A DNA stretch of 64,000 bases from an uncultured Rickettsiales bacterium (GTDB taxonomy: Bacteria > Pseudomonadota > Alphaproteobacteria > Rickettsiales > SXRF01), in assembly GCA_964645205.1 (NCBI GenBank), contig CAZYBO010000003.1, positions 634 through 64,633 on the forward strand. Reading direction: 5' to 3'. A model generated the notes under the pieces. The model did not search any database and was not told where the DNA came from. It saw only the letters and a list, made by a program, of their open reading frames with translations. The position numbers and the translations under genes are program-made. Positions 1 to 8,736 of the stretch are shown piece by piece; positions within the stretch are counted from its first letter, which is position 1, and each line of letters opens with the position of its first letter.

Positions 1-159
1 GATTTACCGGAGAATTTCGGCAAATCGCGGGAGGCTCGCCCATTTGGGGAGTGTCCCGGAAAGGAAGGCCGTTATGACAAAAAGAACCGGGGGTGTCAAG
101 CAGGAAAAATAAGTTTTTTCGATTTTTTTGAAATCCGCTGCCAGAGCGGGTTTCCGCGC

Positions 160-591
160 CTATTCCACTACTCTCTCAGCAAGCTGCACTCCGCAGCGTT
201 CACACACGATTAGTTCCGCCGATTTCATCACCTGTACGCAGGCAGCCTGAAACTCACCGGGATCCTTCAAACGCGCTTGCAGCGCGGATTGTGCAGCTTC
301 CGTATCGCTCTCCAATTTCTCAAGGCGTTTAATAGGCTGGATTACCGCCCTATTCAACGCCCTGCCGATGGCACGGGTGGCAACCATGTGCAACGTATCC
401 TCAAGATCCAGCAAATTGCTGCTGGACGGGTCTTTCAAGAGACTGAGCGCCTTGTTGGTAAGCGCGGGTTTTTCGTGCTTCGGAGTGACGGCCTCCATAA
501 GTCCCGCCGCCTGCAGTATATCCTCGGAATGTATACTGTTGGGATCTTTTTGGGGCAAGGAAATGCGGAAGGTTTTTATGTTTTTAGCCAC
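160..591 (-). CDS. hypothetical protein, 143 aa, no family recognised
   Basis: Longest ORF in the region. The first codon (589-591) reads GTG and there is no nearby in-frame ATG. The C-terminal half looks helical. Confidence 0.4.
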   Translation of the reverse strand: MAKNIKTFRISLPQKDPNSIHSEDILQAAGLMEAVTPKHEKPALTNKALSLLKDPSSSNLLDLEDTLHMVATRAIGRALNRAVIQPIKRLEKLESDTEAAQSALQARLKDPGEFQAACVQVMKSAELIVCERCGVQLAERVVE

Positions 592-652
592 GATACGCGC
601 CTGCGGTTAATATTTGTAAATATTTTACGCGGACAATGCTAAAAGGCAAGGA

Positions 653-1609
653 TTACCTTGTATCCCACCTGCCCTTGTTAGCAAAACGCTCAATCGTGCG
701 CGTATGGGGGTTTATGCCCGCGAACGCCCAATAATCCTCGAGTTTTCGTATATTACCCATGCCGTATTCCTCTATCTCAGCAAGCGCTTCCGGTGCGGCG
801 GGCGTTTGTATGAGTAGATGCCACACGCGCTGGCGGGCGAGCTGAGCCTGCGCATTTTTTTGCTTGTAGTCTGCCTGCGTGCCGGATGCACGACTTTTGG
901 ATGCCCAATAGTGGAAAACGATGGTGCCGCCGGGCTGAAAAATATCCCATCCGTGCGTCCATAATCGCGCTGCATAGGTGAGTTCTTGCCCACGGAAATA
1001 CAGGTGCGGATCGTAGGGAATGGCGCGGATGGCCTCAGCGGGGATGAATAGGAAATTGCCGACGAAAAACGGCGTGGGCATCAGACCGGTGGGCACCCTA
1101 TCGGCAGGCCAGAGGATATTGCCCAGATGCAGCGGTTGCATCGCGCTGTCGTCGCCGAATGCGTGGGCGGTGATGAGGCGGCGCTCGCTATTGTTGATGT
1201 CCAGCTTATCGGGCGGCCAGTAATCGCGTGGGGATGCGGAAAGCGCGGCACGCGGCGTGGGGCAGCTTTTATGCGCGCTTACAAGCAGGTCATCCCAGCC
1301 CTGCACGAAGCGCATGTGCGCGTCAATCTGCAATACAAATTCTTCATCTTGCAGCAGCGAATGCGCCTGAGCACGCGCCCAACAACCGCCCTTGCTTTCG
1401 CCGGCATCAAACTTTTTACTTCTCACCTGCGCAGGAAACGGCGGCGGAAACACGAAGCAATCCTTGTCCTCTACAGGGTCGAACTGCCAGCAGATGCCTA
1501 CTGTGATGCGCTCAGGTTGCGCGGCTTTGGCAAAGAGGTCACGCACGGTGTGCTGGCATTCCGGGTCACGGTAGCTGGCGATGGAAACAAAAATACGCGG
1601 GCTATTCAT
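653..1609 (-). CDS. GT-A fold glycosyltransferase, GlcNAc-transferase-like (PF11397-like by motif memory)
   Basis: N-terminus IFVSIASYRDPEC plus a QIDAHMRF (DxH) motif. Start moved to ATG 1607-1609 (MNSPRIF); the longer ORF would lie inside recG. Overlaps the recG stop by 8 nt. Confidence 0.6.
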   Translation of the reverse strand: MNSPRIFVSIASYRDPECQHTVRDLFAKAAQPERITVGICWQFDPVEDKDCFVFPPPFPAQVRSKKFDAGESKGGCWARAQAHSLLQDEEFVLQIDAHMRFVQGWDDLLVSAHKSCPTPRAALSASPRDYWPPDKLDINNSERRLITAHAFGDDSAMQPLHLGNILWPADRVPTGLMPTPFFVGNFLFIPAEAIRAIPYDPHLYFRGQELTYAARLWTHGWDIFQPGGTIVFHYWASKSRASGTQADYKQKNAQAQLARQRVWHLLIQTPAAPEALAEIEEYGMGNIRKLEDYWAFAGINPHTRTIERFANKGRWDTR

Positions 1610-3731
1610 ATTCAAACACCTGCAATAGTAGGCGCAGCGCCTTACCGCGCTGGCCGGTGAGTTCGGGATCTTCGTCCAGCAACGCGCCAATATCGTCCCG
1701 CGCTTTTTCCAACAACGGATAATGATGCGCGACATTGATAAATACGAAGCGCGGCATACCGCTCTGGCGCGTGCCGAGCAGCTCACCGCCACCGCGCATG
1801 CTTAAATCCACTTCAGCGATTTTAAATCCGTCTTCGCTCTCGCGGAGAATGGAAAGGCGCTGGATTGAAGGATTGGGAACATCTTCCTCCATGCCTGATG
1901 CCTCATGCCTAATGCCTTCATTGTAGAGCAATACGCAACTCGACGCCTTCGCCCCTCGCCCCACTCGCCCCCGCAACTGATGTATCTGGCTCAGGCCGAA
2001 GCGCTCCGCCTGCTCGATCACCATGATAGTGGCATCGGGAATGTCCACACCAACCTCCACCACCGTAGTCGCCACCAGCAACCTTGTTTTGCCCGAGGCA
2101 AAATCCTGCATCGCCGCGTCGCGCGCCTGCGCTTTCATGCGTCCGTGCACCAGCCCGACGATATTACCGAAGCGCGCCGCAAACTCGGTGTGGCGGGTTT
2201 CGGCGGCGGCGATGTTGTCGGCGGCGTCCGATAACGGGTCGATTTCTGGATTTTCTTCGATGAGCGGACAAATCCAATATACTTTTTCACCTTTATCCAG
2301 CGCGGCTTTCAGTCGTTCCATCATATCGCCATAGCGCGACAGCGGAATAACACGGGTGGCGATCGGCTGCCGGTTAGCGGGTTTTTCTTTAAGCAGCGAA
2401 CAGTCCATATCGCCATAGAGCATCATAGTAAGGCTTCGGGGAATAGGCGTGGCGGTCATGTGCAGCACATGCGGCGCATCGCCCTTGCCCATCAGCGCCA
2501 TACGCTGCGCCACGCCAAAACGGTGCTGTTCATCGATGACCGTAAGCGTAAGATTCTTGAATTCCACATGCTCCTGAAACAACGCATGCGTACCGACCAC
2601 GATGGCGGCATCTCCGCTGGAAATAGCTTCCAATGCCTCTTGCCGCGCTTTTCCTTTTATGTTCCCGGTGAGCAGCACCACGTTGATTCCAACCAACCGC
2701 GAAATCGTTTTGTAATGCTGGCGCGCGACAAGTTCGGTGGGAGCCATGAGCGCGGATTGCAGCCCTTGCTCTGCCACCTTGAGCATGGCAAACAGGGCGA
2801 CGATTGTTTTTCCGCTGCCCACATCGCCTTGCAACAAGCGTGTCATACGTCCGCCGGATTTCATATCCGCGTAGATTTCTTCCAGCACCTGCTCCTGCCC
2901 CGCTGTCAACGTGTACGGCAGCGATTCACGCAGCGCGCTAGTAAGCGTTCCCGTACCGCAGATAACGGTACCGGACTGCTTCTGCATACGGCGGCGGATA
3001 AGCGCGAGATGAAGCTGGCTGGCCATGATTTCATCGTAAGCCAGACGCATGCGTGCAGGCGCCGCAGGCAGCAGATCGTCCGGCGTTTGCGGGTGGTGCG
3101 CCTGATCGAGCGCATGTTTCCACGATGGCCATGAGCCAAGAATATCCGTACGTATCCATTCAGGCAGCAGGGGAAGGCTTTCCAGCGCCTGTTCAACGAT
3201 TTTGGCGATACGCCGCGAGGTAAGCCCCAGCGTGAGCGGGTAAACCGCTTCAAGCCGCTGCACCTCCGCCAGTTGCGACACAGGCACGATGATGTCGGGA
3301 TGCGCCATTTGCAAATGACCGTCGAAGCGTTCCACCTTACCGCTGATGACGCGCTTCTGCCCAACGGGAAGGATGTTTTTCAAGTAATCGTCCTGCGCAT
3401 GGAAAAATGCCAGTGTGATGTCGCCCGTGTCGTTTGTGCACAGCACCTTGTAGGGTTTCCTGCTGCCGCGTTTCGGAGGCTCATGCGACTCGACTTCCAC
3501 TACGAAGGTTGCCACCACCCCGTCAGGCGCGCTGTGCAGCGGGCTGGTGAAGCGGCGGTCAATATGGCCGACCGGCAGGTGAAATAGTATATCGCGGATG
3601 ATGGGAATAGTGCGTCCGGATTTTTCCGTGGCCGCCGGAAGCAGGCGCGTCAGCGCCTTGGCCGTAGCACCACCCACGCCCTTGATACGCGTAATGGCGG
3701 AGAACAAAAAGAATAAGGATTCATCGCGCAT
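1602..3731 (-). CDS. recG: ATP-dependent DNA helicase RecG
   Basis: GDVGSGKT Walker A, DEQHRFG, TATPIPR, QLRGRVGRG and the C-terminal GELLGTRQSG motif. Start set at ATG 3729-3731 (MRDESLFF). Confidence 0.93.
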   Translation of the reverse strand: MRDESLFFLFSAITRIKGVGGATAKALTRLLPAATEKSGRTIPIIRDILFHLPVGHIDRRFTSPLHSAPDGVVATFVVEVESHEPPKRGSRKPYKVLCTNDTGDITLAFFHAQDDYLKNILPVGQKRVISGKVERFDGHLQMAHPDIIVPVSQLAEVQRLEAVYPLTLGLTSRRIAKIVEQALESLPLLPEWIRTDILGSWPSWKHALDQAHHPQTPDDLLPAAPARMRLAYDEIMASQLHLALIRRRMQKQSGTVICGTGTLTSALRESLPYTLTAGQEQVLEEIYADMKSGGRMTRLLQGDVGSGKTIVALFAMLKVAEQGLQSALMAPTELVARQHYKTISRLVGINVVLLTGNIKGKARQEALEAISSGDAAIVVGTHALFQEHVEFKNLTLTVIDEQHRFGVAQRMALMGKGDAPHVLHMTATPIPRSLTMMLYGDMDCSLLKEKPANRQPIATRVIPLSRYGDMMERLKAALDKGEKVYWICPLIEENPEIDPLSDAADNIAAAETRHTEFAARFGNIVGLVHGRMKAQARDAAMQDFASGKTRLLVATTVVEVGVDIPDATIMVIEQAERFGLSQIHQLRGRVGRGAKASSCVLLYNEGIRHEASGMEEDVPNPSIQRLSILRESEDGFKIAEVDLSMRGGGELLGTRQSGMPRFVFINVAHHYPLLEKARDDIGALLDEDPELTGQRGKALRLLLQVFEYE
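1891..1918. repeat. tandem heptamer array ATGCCTN x4 inside recG
   Basis: The plus strand reads ATGCCTG ATGCCTC ATGCCTA ATGCCTT. On the coding strand this is NAGGCAT x4, with N covering all four bases. Confidence 0.85.
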
Positions 3732-3753
3732 AGTGCACCCTATGCAAACGGGA

Positions 3754-4689
3754 TCAGCTATCGGCGGCTTTCCGCTTGTCGCCCTCTTCCACTTCGATGA
3801 GCGCATTGACCACGCGCGCGCCTTCGTTGTCGAGGAAAGATTCGCAGTTATCGATTAATTTCCTGTCGCCCAGCCCGCTGACTACACGGCCAAAGCTGAT
3901 ACTGACGCTCAGGCCGATATTGGTTCTATCCGGCAGCGTGTAAGGGTTTGCGGCGATCTGCCAGCGCAGGCGATTGAATACGAGGCGCGCAGACTCCGGC
4001 GTGGTGTCGAGCAGCAAAACGCCAACGCGCTTATTGTTGACACTACCCACCACATCGTCGGGACGCAGGTTCTGGCGGCAGATATGCGCGATATGGCGGA
4101 TGATGGCGACGCAGGCGGGGCGGCCATATTGCGACAGCAACTCGTCGAAATGATCGAGCTGGAGCAGCGCGAAGCAGGTGCGCAGGTCGCTTTTGCTGTT
4201 GTAGTAGCCCATCAGTTCTACGTCTTTGGCCAACGAATTGCGGTCGGGCAGGCCGGTATCGGGATCGAGCACTTCATGACCCTTGAAATTATCCTGAATG
4301 GCTTTGCGCAGCGCTTCGTTCTTGCGGAAACCCATCGTATCCTGCAGCACGAGATTGAACATAAGCATCGCGCCGGTGGATTCTGCACGCACAATTTTAT
4401 GGCGGTAGGCGCTTTCCTTGCCGTCACGCCCGATGATGCTGAAACTCTGCACCTTCGACAGTACGTTACCCACATCGTTGGCATCACTGCCATACTCAAC
4501 GTATTCCGAGAGCAGTTCGGCGATGCGCGCGGGCAGCAGGCTGGCCAGAGGCTTGCTCGCAAGTTCCGAGTTTTCGTAGCCCAGCATCTCCTCGGCGGGT
4601 TTGTTGATATTGCTTATTTCTATCGACTTTGCCTTGTTGTTCTGGCAAATGGTGAGTACGGCGTCGCTGCTGCGGTAGCCAAGCGTCAT
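3754..4689 (-). CDS. PAS domain protein with degenerate GGDEF domain (A-site lost, RxxD I-site retained)
   Basis: DPDTGLPDRNSL start of a GGDEF domain and DHFDELL. NNKRV replaces GGDEF, and RPDD lies five residues upstream. Start at ATG 4689, preceded by GGAAGGA; longer starts would overlap the divergent sdhE. Confidence 0.75.
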   Translation of the reverse strand: MTLGYRSSDAVLTICQNNKAKSIEISNINKPAEEMLGYENSELASKPLASLLPARIAELLSEYVEYGSDANDVGNVLSKVQSFSIIGRDGKESAYRHKIVRAESTGAMLMFNLVLQDTMGFRKNEALRKAIQDNFKGHEVLDPDTGLPDRNSLAKDVELMGYYNSKSDLRTCFALLQLDHFDELLSQYGRPACVAIIRHIAHICRQNLRPDDVVGSVNNKRVGVLLLDTTPESARLVFNRLRWQIAANPYTLPDRTNIGLSVSISFGRVVSGLGDRKLIDNCESFLDNEGARVVNALIEVEEGDKRKAADS

Positions 4690-4774
4690 GGGAGCAATCC
4701 TTCCGGAGTTACATGCGGTATAAGTGTAACCCATAGCGCAGAATTTATGAACAGCAAATGAAGATTTTGTCGAT

Positions 4775-5065
4775 ATGCACGATGAAGTACGCTTAAAGCG
4801 CCTCAAATACCGCAGCGGCCATCGCGGTTGCAAGGAAACCGACCTCGTGCTCGGCCAGTTCGCCAATGAGCGCATGGCGGCGCTGGATGCGGATGCGCTC
4901 GACCTTTACGAAGCGCTGCTCGACGAAAACGACGTGGATATATGGAACTGGCTGACCGGCGCGGATACGCCGCCGGATAGCCGTTATGACGCGCTGCTTG
5001 AGATATTGTTATCTTGTCATTCCTGCGAAAGCAGGAATCTTATAGTTGCGACAAAGGAAAGTTAA
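4775..5065 (+). CDS. sdhE: FAD assembly factor SdhE (SDHAF2/DUF339 family); C-terminal tail encoded by a repeat element
   Basis: RLKYRSGHRGCKETDLVLGQF and DVDIWNWLTG motifs. The last ~17 codons and the stop lie in palindromic element A1. Confidence 0.75.
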   Translation: MHDEVRLKRLKYRSGHRGCKETDLVLGQFANERMAALDADALDLYEALLDENDVDIWNWLTGADTPPDSRYDALLEILLSCHSCESRNLIVATKES

Positions 5066-5090
5066 GATTCCTGCTTTCGCAGGAATGACA
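5015..5090. repeat. palindromic repeat family A, copy A1 (TGTCATTCCTGCGAAAGCAGGAATC ... GATTCCTGCTTTCGCAGGAATGACA)
   Basis: Two inverted copies of a ~25-nt unit that is itself a hairpin, 76 bp in total. Nearly identical to the copy at 60646-60717. Confidence 0.9.
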
Positions 5091-5099
5091 AGCAATAAT

Positions 5100-8000
5100 A
5101 TGAACGAACCCTCCCCCCTTGCCCCCGATTTACCGCCGCGCGTGTTAGGCGGCGTGCCGCGCAATGCCGAGGCGTATGCGCTGAGCGAATTGCTCAAGTG
5201 CGATCACGACATGATCCTGCATATCGCGGTGAATGACCGCGAGCTGGATACGCTGCGCCAGTCGCTGGCGTTTTTCGCGCCCGATGCGGAGATACTCTGT
5301 TTCCCGGCATGGGATTGCATGCCCTATGACCGCGCCTCGCCGATACCTGCGCTTATGGCCGAACGCATGCGCACGATGGCGGCGCTGGTGAACGGCCGGC
5401 CGCGCGGGAAGCAGCGCGTGGTGCTGACTACCGCCAACGCGGTTATCCAGCGCCTGCCACCGAAGGAATTGCTGCGGCGCGTGACGCTCTCGCTGCGCAA
5501 AGGAGATGAGTTTAAACAGGACGATCTGGTGAAAGCGCTGATCCAGCAGGGCTACCGGCGTGCGGGCAAAGCGATGGAGCCGGGTGAATTCGCGCTGCGC
5601 GGCGGGATCATCGACATCGTGCCGCCGACGCAGGAGCGGCAGGGCGGCAACGGGGTGCGCATCGATTTCTTTGGTAATGACATCGAAACCATCAAACCCT
5701 ATGACCCGCTAACACAAATTACCAGCGGCAGCCTCGATTCCATCGAGTTGTTCCCGGTGAGCGAAGCTATCGTCAACGACGAATCGCGCGAGCGGTTCCG
5801 CAGCCGCTACCGCGAAACGTTCGGCGCGGTGACGAAGGACGACCCGCTCTATGAAGCGATTTCGCAAGGGCAGTCTTACCCCGGCATGGAACATTGGCTG
5901 CCGCTGTTTTACGAACATATGGACACGCTGGCGGAGTATTGCGGTACGCCGCTGATTACGATGGACAATGAAGTGCAAGCAGCGATGGCGGAACGCTGGG
6001 AAAGCATCCTCGATTATTACCGCGCACGCACGGAGGCGCTCGGCGTCGCGTCCAAGAAGAATAGTTTTGCTGCGGGTGCGATTTACCATCCGCTACCGCC
6101 GGAAGATTGCTTTTTGATGGAAGCGAACTGGGAAGTGGTAGCTGCGCGTTACCCGCGCGTGATGTTCGCGACGTTTGCGGAAGCTGCGCCTGCGGAAGCG
6201 GGAATGAACCTGCGCCCGACCATGCCGTTTTCCCAGGGCGGCGACGTCACGCCGTTCGACCAGTTGAAGGAACGCGTGAAGATCGCGGCCACGCAGGGAA
6301 AAAACACCCTCCTCGCCTGCTTCACCAACGGCTCGTGCGAACGGCTCTCCGCGCTGCTTTCCGAACGCGGGTTTCATTGCGTGCGCGTGGAACGCTGGCA
6401 GGATGCGCGCGGGGTCAAGGGCAGCAGCATCGGGCTTATCGTGCTGCCGCTGGAAAACGGATTTGAAACGGAACGCACGCTGATCTTAAGCGAGCAGGAC
6501 GTGCTCGGCGAGCGCATCGCACGCACCACGCGCAAAAAGAAAAAAACCGAAATGTTCATGGAAGAAGCCGCCAACTTCGCCGAGGGCGAGCTGGTGGTGC
6601 ATCGCGAGCATGGCATCGGGAGGTTCGAGGGGCTGGTGACGCTGACCGTGTCGGGCGCGTCGCACGATTGCCTGAAGTTGATTTATGCCGACGACGACAA
6701 GCTGTTCCTGCCGGTGGAAAATATCGAAATGGTCACGCGTTTCGGGCTGGAAGAGGAAAATGTAAAACTCGACAAGCTCGGCGGCGCGTCGTGGCAGGCG
6801 CGCAAGGCACGGCTGAAAGAACGCATCACGCTGGCCGCGGAAGCGCTGCTGAAAACCGCCGCGCTGCGCCAGATCCAGACCGGCACCGTCATCGACACGC
6901 CGACGGGGACGTATGACGATTTCTGCGCACGCTTTCCCTACGCCGAAACTGAGGACCAGCAACGCGCGATCGACGAGGTACTGGAAGATTTACATTCCGG
7001 CAGGCCGATGGATCGGCTTATCTGCGGCGACGTGGGTTTCGGGAAAACGGAGGTGGCGCTGCGGGCGGCGTTCGTTGTTGCGTGCAATGAAGACTCCCTC
7101 CCCCCTTGTGGGGGAGGGTTGGGGAGGGGGGAAACTCTCAACGATTCGGATTGTGGAAGCAGCCCCCCCTCCCTGCCCTCCCCCACAAGGGGGGAGGGAA
7201 AGTTGCAAGTGGCGTTGATCGTGCCCACCACCCTGCTCGCCCGCCAGCATTACCGCAATTTCAGCAAGCGCTTCGAGGGATTCCCCGTCACCGTGCGCCA
7301 GCTTTCGCGCATGGTGAACGCGAAGGAGCAGAAGGAAACGCAAGCGATGCTCGCAAGCGGCGACGTGGATATCGTCATCGGCACGCATGCGTTGCTGGCC
7401 AAGGGGGTGGAGTTTAAAAATCTCGGCTTGCTGATCGTGGATGAAGAGCAGCATTTCGGTGTGGCGCAGAAGGAAAAACTGAAATCACTGAAATCGAATA
7501 TCCATGTGCTGACGCTCTCGGCCACGCCCATCCCGCGCACGCTGCAAATGGCGCTGACCGGAGTGCGCGATTTGAGTTTGATTACGACGCCGCCGGTGGA
7601 TCGCCTCGCCATCCGCAGCTTCGTGATTCCCTTTGATCCGGTTGTGTTGCGCGAGGCGCTGATGCGCGAGAAGCACCGTGGCGGAAAAAGTTTCGTGGTC
7701 ACACCGCGTATTAAAGATATTGCGGATGTGAAGGCGCAGCTCGCCAGCCTCGTGCCGGAACTGCATGTGGGCGTGGCGCACGGACAGATGCCGCCTACAC
7801 AACTCGAAGAAGTGATGAACCATTTCTTCGACGGAAAATTTGATATTCTGCTTTCCACCGCTATCATCGAATCCGGCCTCGACATCGAATCGGCCAACAC
7901 GATGATCATCCACAACGCGCACCTGTTCGGCCTCGGCCAGCTTTACCAGATGCGCGGGCGCGTGGGGCGCGGCAAGGTGCGTGCGTACGCGTATTTCCTG

Positions 8001-8732
8001 CTGCCGCATTACCGCCAGCTCAGCAAGAACGCCACGCGCAGGCTGGAAGTAATGCAGACGCTCGACACGCTGGGCGCAGGCTTCACGCTCGCTTCGCACG
8101 ATATGGATATTCGCGGCTTCGGCAACCTCGTGGGTGAGGAGCAGTCGGGGCATATACGCGAGGTGGGGATCGAACTGTACCAGCAGATGCTGGAGGAAGC
8201 GGTAGCGGCGCTGAAAGCGGCCGGCGACCAGCGGTCAGCGACCAGTGAAGCATCTACTGACCGCCGACCGCTGACCGCTACTGATTTTTCACCTGCGATC
8301 AATCTCGGCCTTTCCGTCCTCATCCCCGAAACCTATGTGGACGATTTACCGCTGCGACTCGGACTATACCGCCGCGTAGCGTCGCTTGCCAGCGAAGCGG
8401 AGATAGACAGTTTCGCCGCCGAACTCACCGATCGTTTCGGCGACATGCCGGAGGAAGTGAAAACGCTGATCGCCGTGCTCGGCATCAAAATCCTGTGCAA
8501 AAAAGCGGAGATCGGCCGCATCGACATAGGGCCGAAGGGCGCGGTGCTCACCTTCCACAACAATCTATTTTCCAACCCCGACGCGCTGTTTGCCCTCGTC
8601 GCCAAACGCCCGCGCAGCCTGAAAATCCGCCCCGACCAGAAATTGCTGTTCACCCACGAATGGAAAGGCGCGGACGATACGATCAGTACGGTGAAAAGGC
8701 TGGTGGGGGAAATTGCGGGGCTGGCGGCGTAG
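5100..8732 (+). CDS. mfd: transcription-repair coupling factor Mfd, carrying an in-frame repeat insertion
   Basis: CarD-like GELVVHREHGIGRFEG, helicase motifs GDVGFGKTE, DEEQHFGV, SATPIPRT, MRGRVGRG, and a C-terminal TRCF domain. Start at ATG 5100 (MNEPSP), outside repeat A1. Confidence 0.95.
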   Translation: MNEPSPLAPDLPPRVLGGVPRNAEAYALSELLKCDHDMILHIAVNDRELDTLRQSLAFFAPDAEILCFPAWDCMPYDRASPIPALMAERMRTMAALVNGRPRGKQRVVLTTANAVIQRLPPKELLRRVTLSLRKGDEFKQDDLVKALIQQGYRRAGKAMEPGEFALRGGIIDIVPPTQERQGGNGVRIDFFGNDIETIKPYDPLTQITSGSLDSIELFPVSEAIVNDESRERFRSRYRETFGAVTKDDPLYEAISQGQSYPGMEHWLPLFYEHMDTLAEYCGTPLITMDNEVQAAMAERWESILDYYRARTEALGVASKKNSFAAGAIYHPLPPEDCFLMEANWEVVAARYPRVMFATFAEAAPAEAGMNLRPTMPFSQGGDVTPFDQLKERVKIAATQGKNTLLACFTNGSCERLSALLSERGFHCVRVERWQDARGVKGSSIGLIVLPLENGFETERTLILSEQDVLGERIARTTRKKKKTEMFMEEAANFAEGELVVHREHGIGRFEGLVTLTVSGASHDCLKLIYADDDKLFLPVENIEMVTRFGLEEENVKLDKLGGASWQARKARLKERITLAAEALLKTAALRQIQTGTVIDTPTGTYDDFCARFPYAETEDQQRAIDEVLEDLHSGRPMDRLICGDVGFGKTEVALRAAFVVACNEDSLPPCGGGLGRGETLNDSDCGSSPPSLPSPTRGEGKLQVALIVPTTLLARQHYRNFSKRFEGFPVTVRQLSRMVNAKEQKETQAMLASGDVDIVIGTHALLAKGVEFKNLGLLIVDEEQHFGVAQKEKLKSLKSNIHVLTLSATPIPRTLQMALTGVRDLSLITTPPVDRLAIRSFVIPFDPVVLREALMREKHRGGKSFVVTPRIKDIADVKAQLASLVPELHVGVAHGQMPPTQLEEVMNHFFDGKFDILLSTAIIESGLDIESANTMIIHNAHLFGLGQLYQMRGRVGRGKVRAYAYFLLPHYRQLSKNATRRLEVMQTLDTLGAGFTLASHDMDIRGFGNLVGEEQSGHIREVGIELYQQMLEEAVAALKAAGDQRSATSEASTDRRPLTATDFSPAINLGLSVLIPETYVDDLPLRLGLYRRVASLASEAEIDSFAAELTDRFGDMPEEVKTLIAVLGIKILCKKAEIGRIDIGPKGAVLTFHNNLFSNPDALFALVAKRPRSLKIRPDQKLLFTHEWKGADDTISTVKRLVGEIAGLAA
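7095..7200. repeat. palindromic repeat family C, copy C1, inside mfd
   Basis: The left end CTCCCTCCCCCCTTGTGGGGGAGGG is the near-perfect reverse complement of the right end CCCTCCCCCACAAGGGGGGAGGGA. Each end is itself a hairpin. Confidence 0.9.
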
Positions 8733-8736
8733 CTAC

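Noticed and set aside
609-624. AATATTT-GT-AAATATT palindrome upstream of the 160-591 ORF as an operator
   Set aside because: It is a short AT-only palindrome that could easily arise by chance in an AT-rich spacer, and there is no second copy in the window.
3732-3806. N-terminal extensions in the ORF track for recG (to 3806), the glycosyltransferase (to 1792), mfd (from 5046), hemA (from 37731), uvrD (to 53085), the GGDEF protein (to 4875) and asd (from 61660)
   Set aside because: The extensions overlap neighbouring genes or repeat elements and lack similarity to the family N-termini. Internal ATGs that match the conserved N-terminal motifs, or have an SD, were chosen instead.
5009-5197. Short ORFs encoded by the repeats themselves (e.g. 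5009-5197, VIPAKAGI-type peptides) and 34675-34860
   Set aside because: These are translations of palindromic elements or of an AT-rich spacer, with no start context. They are not credible genes.
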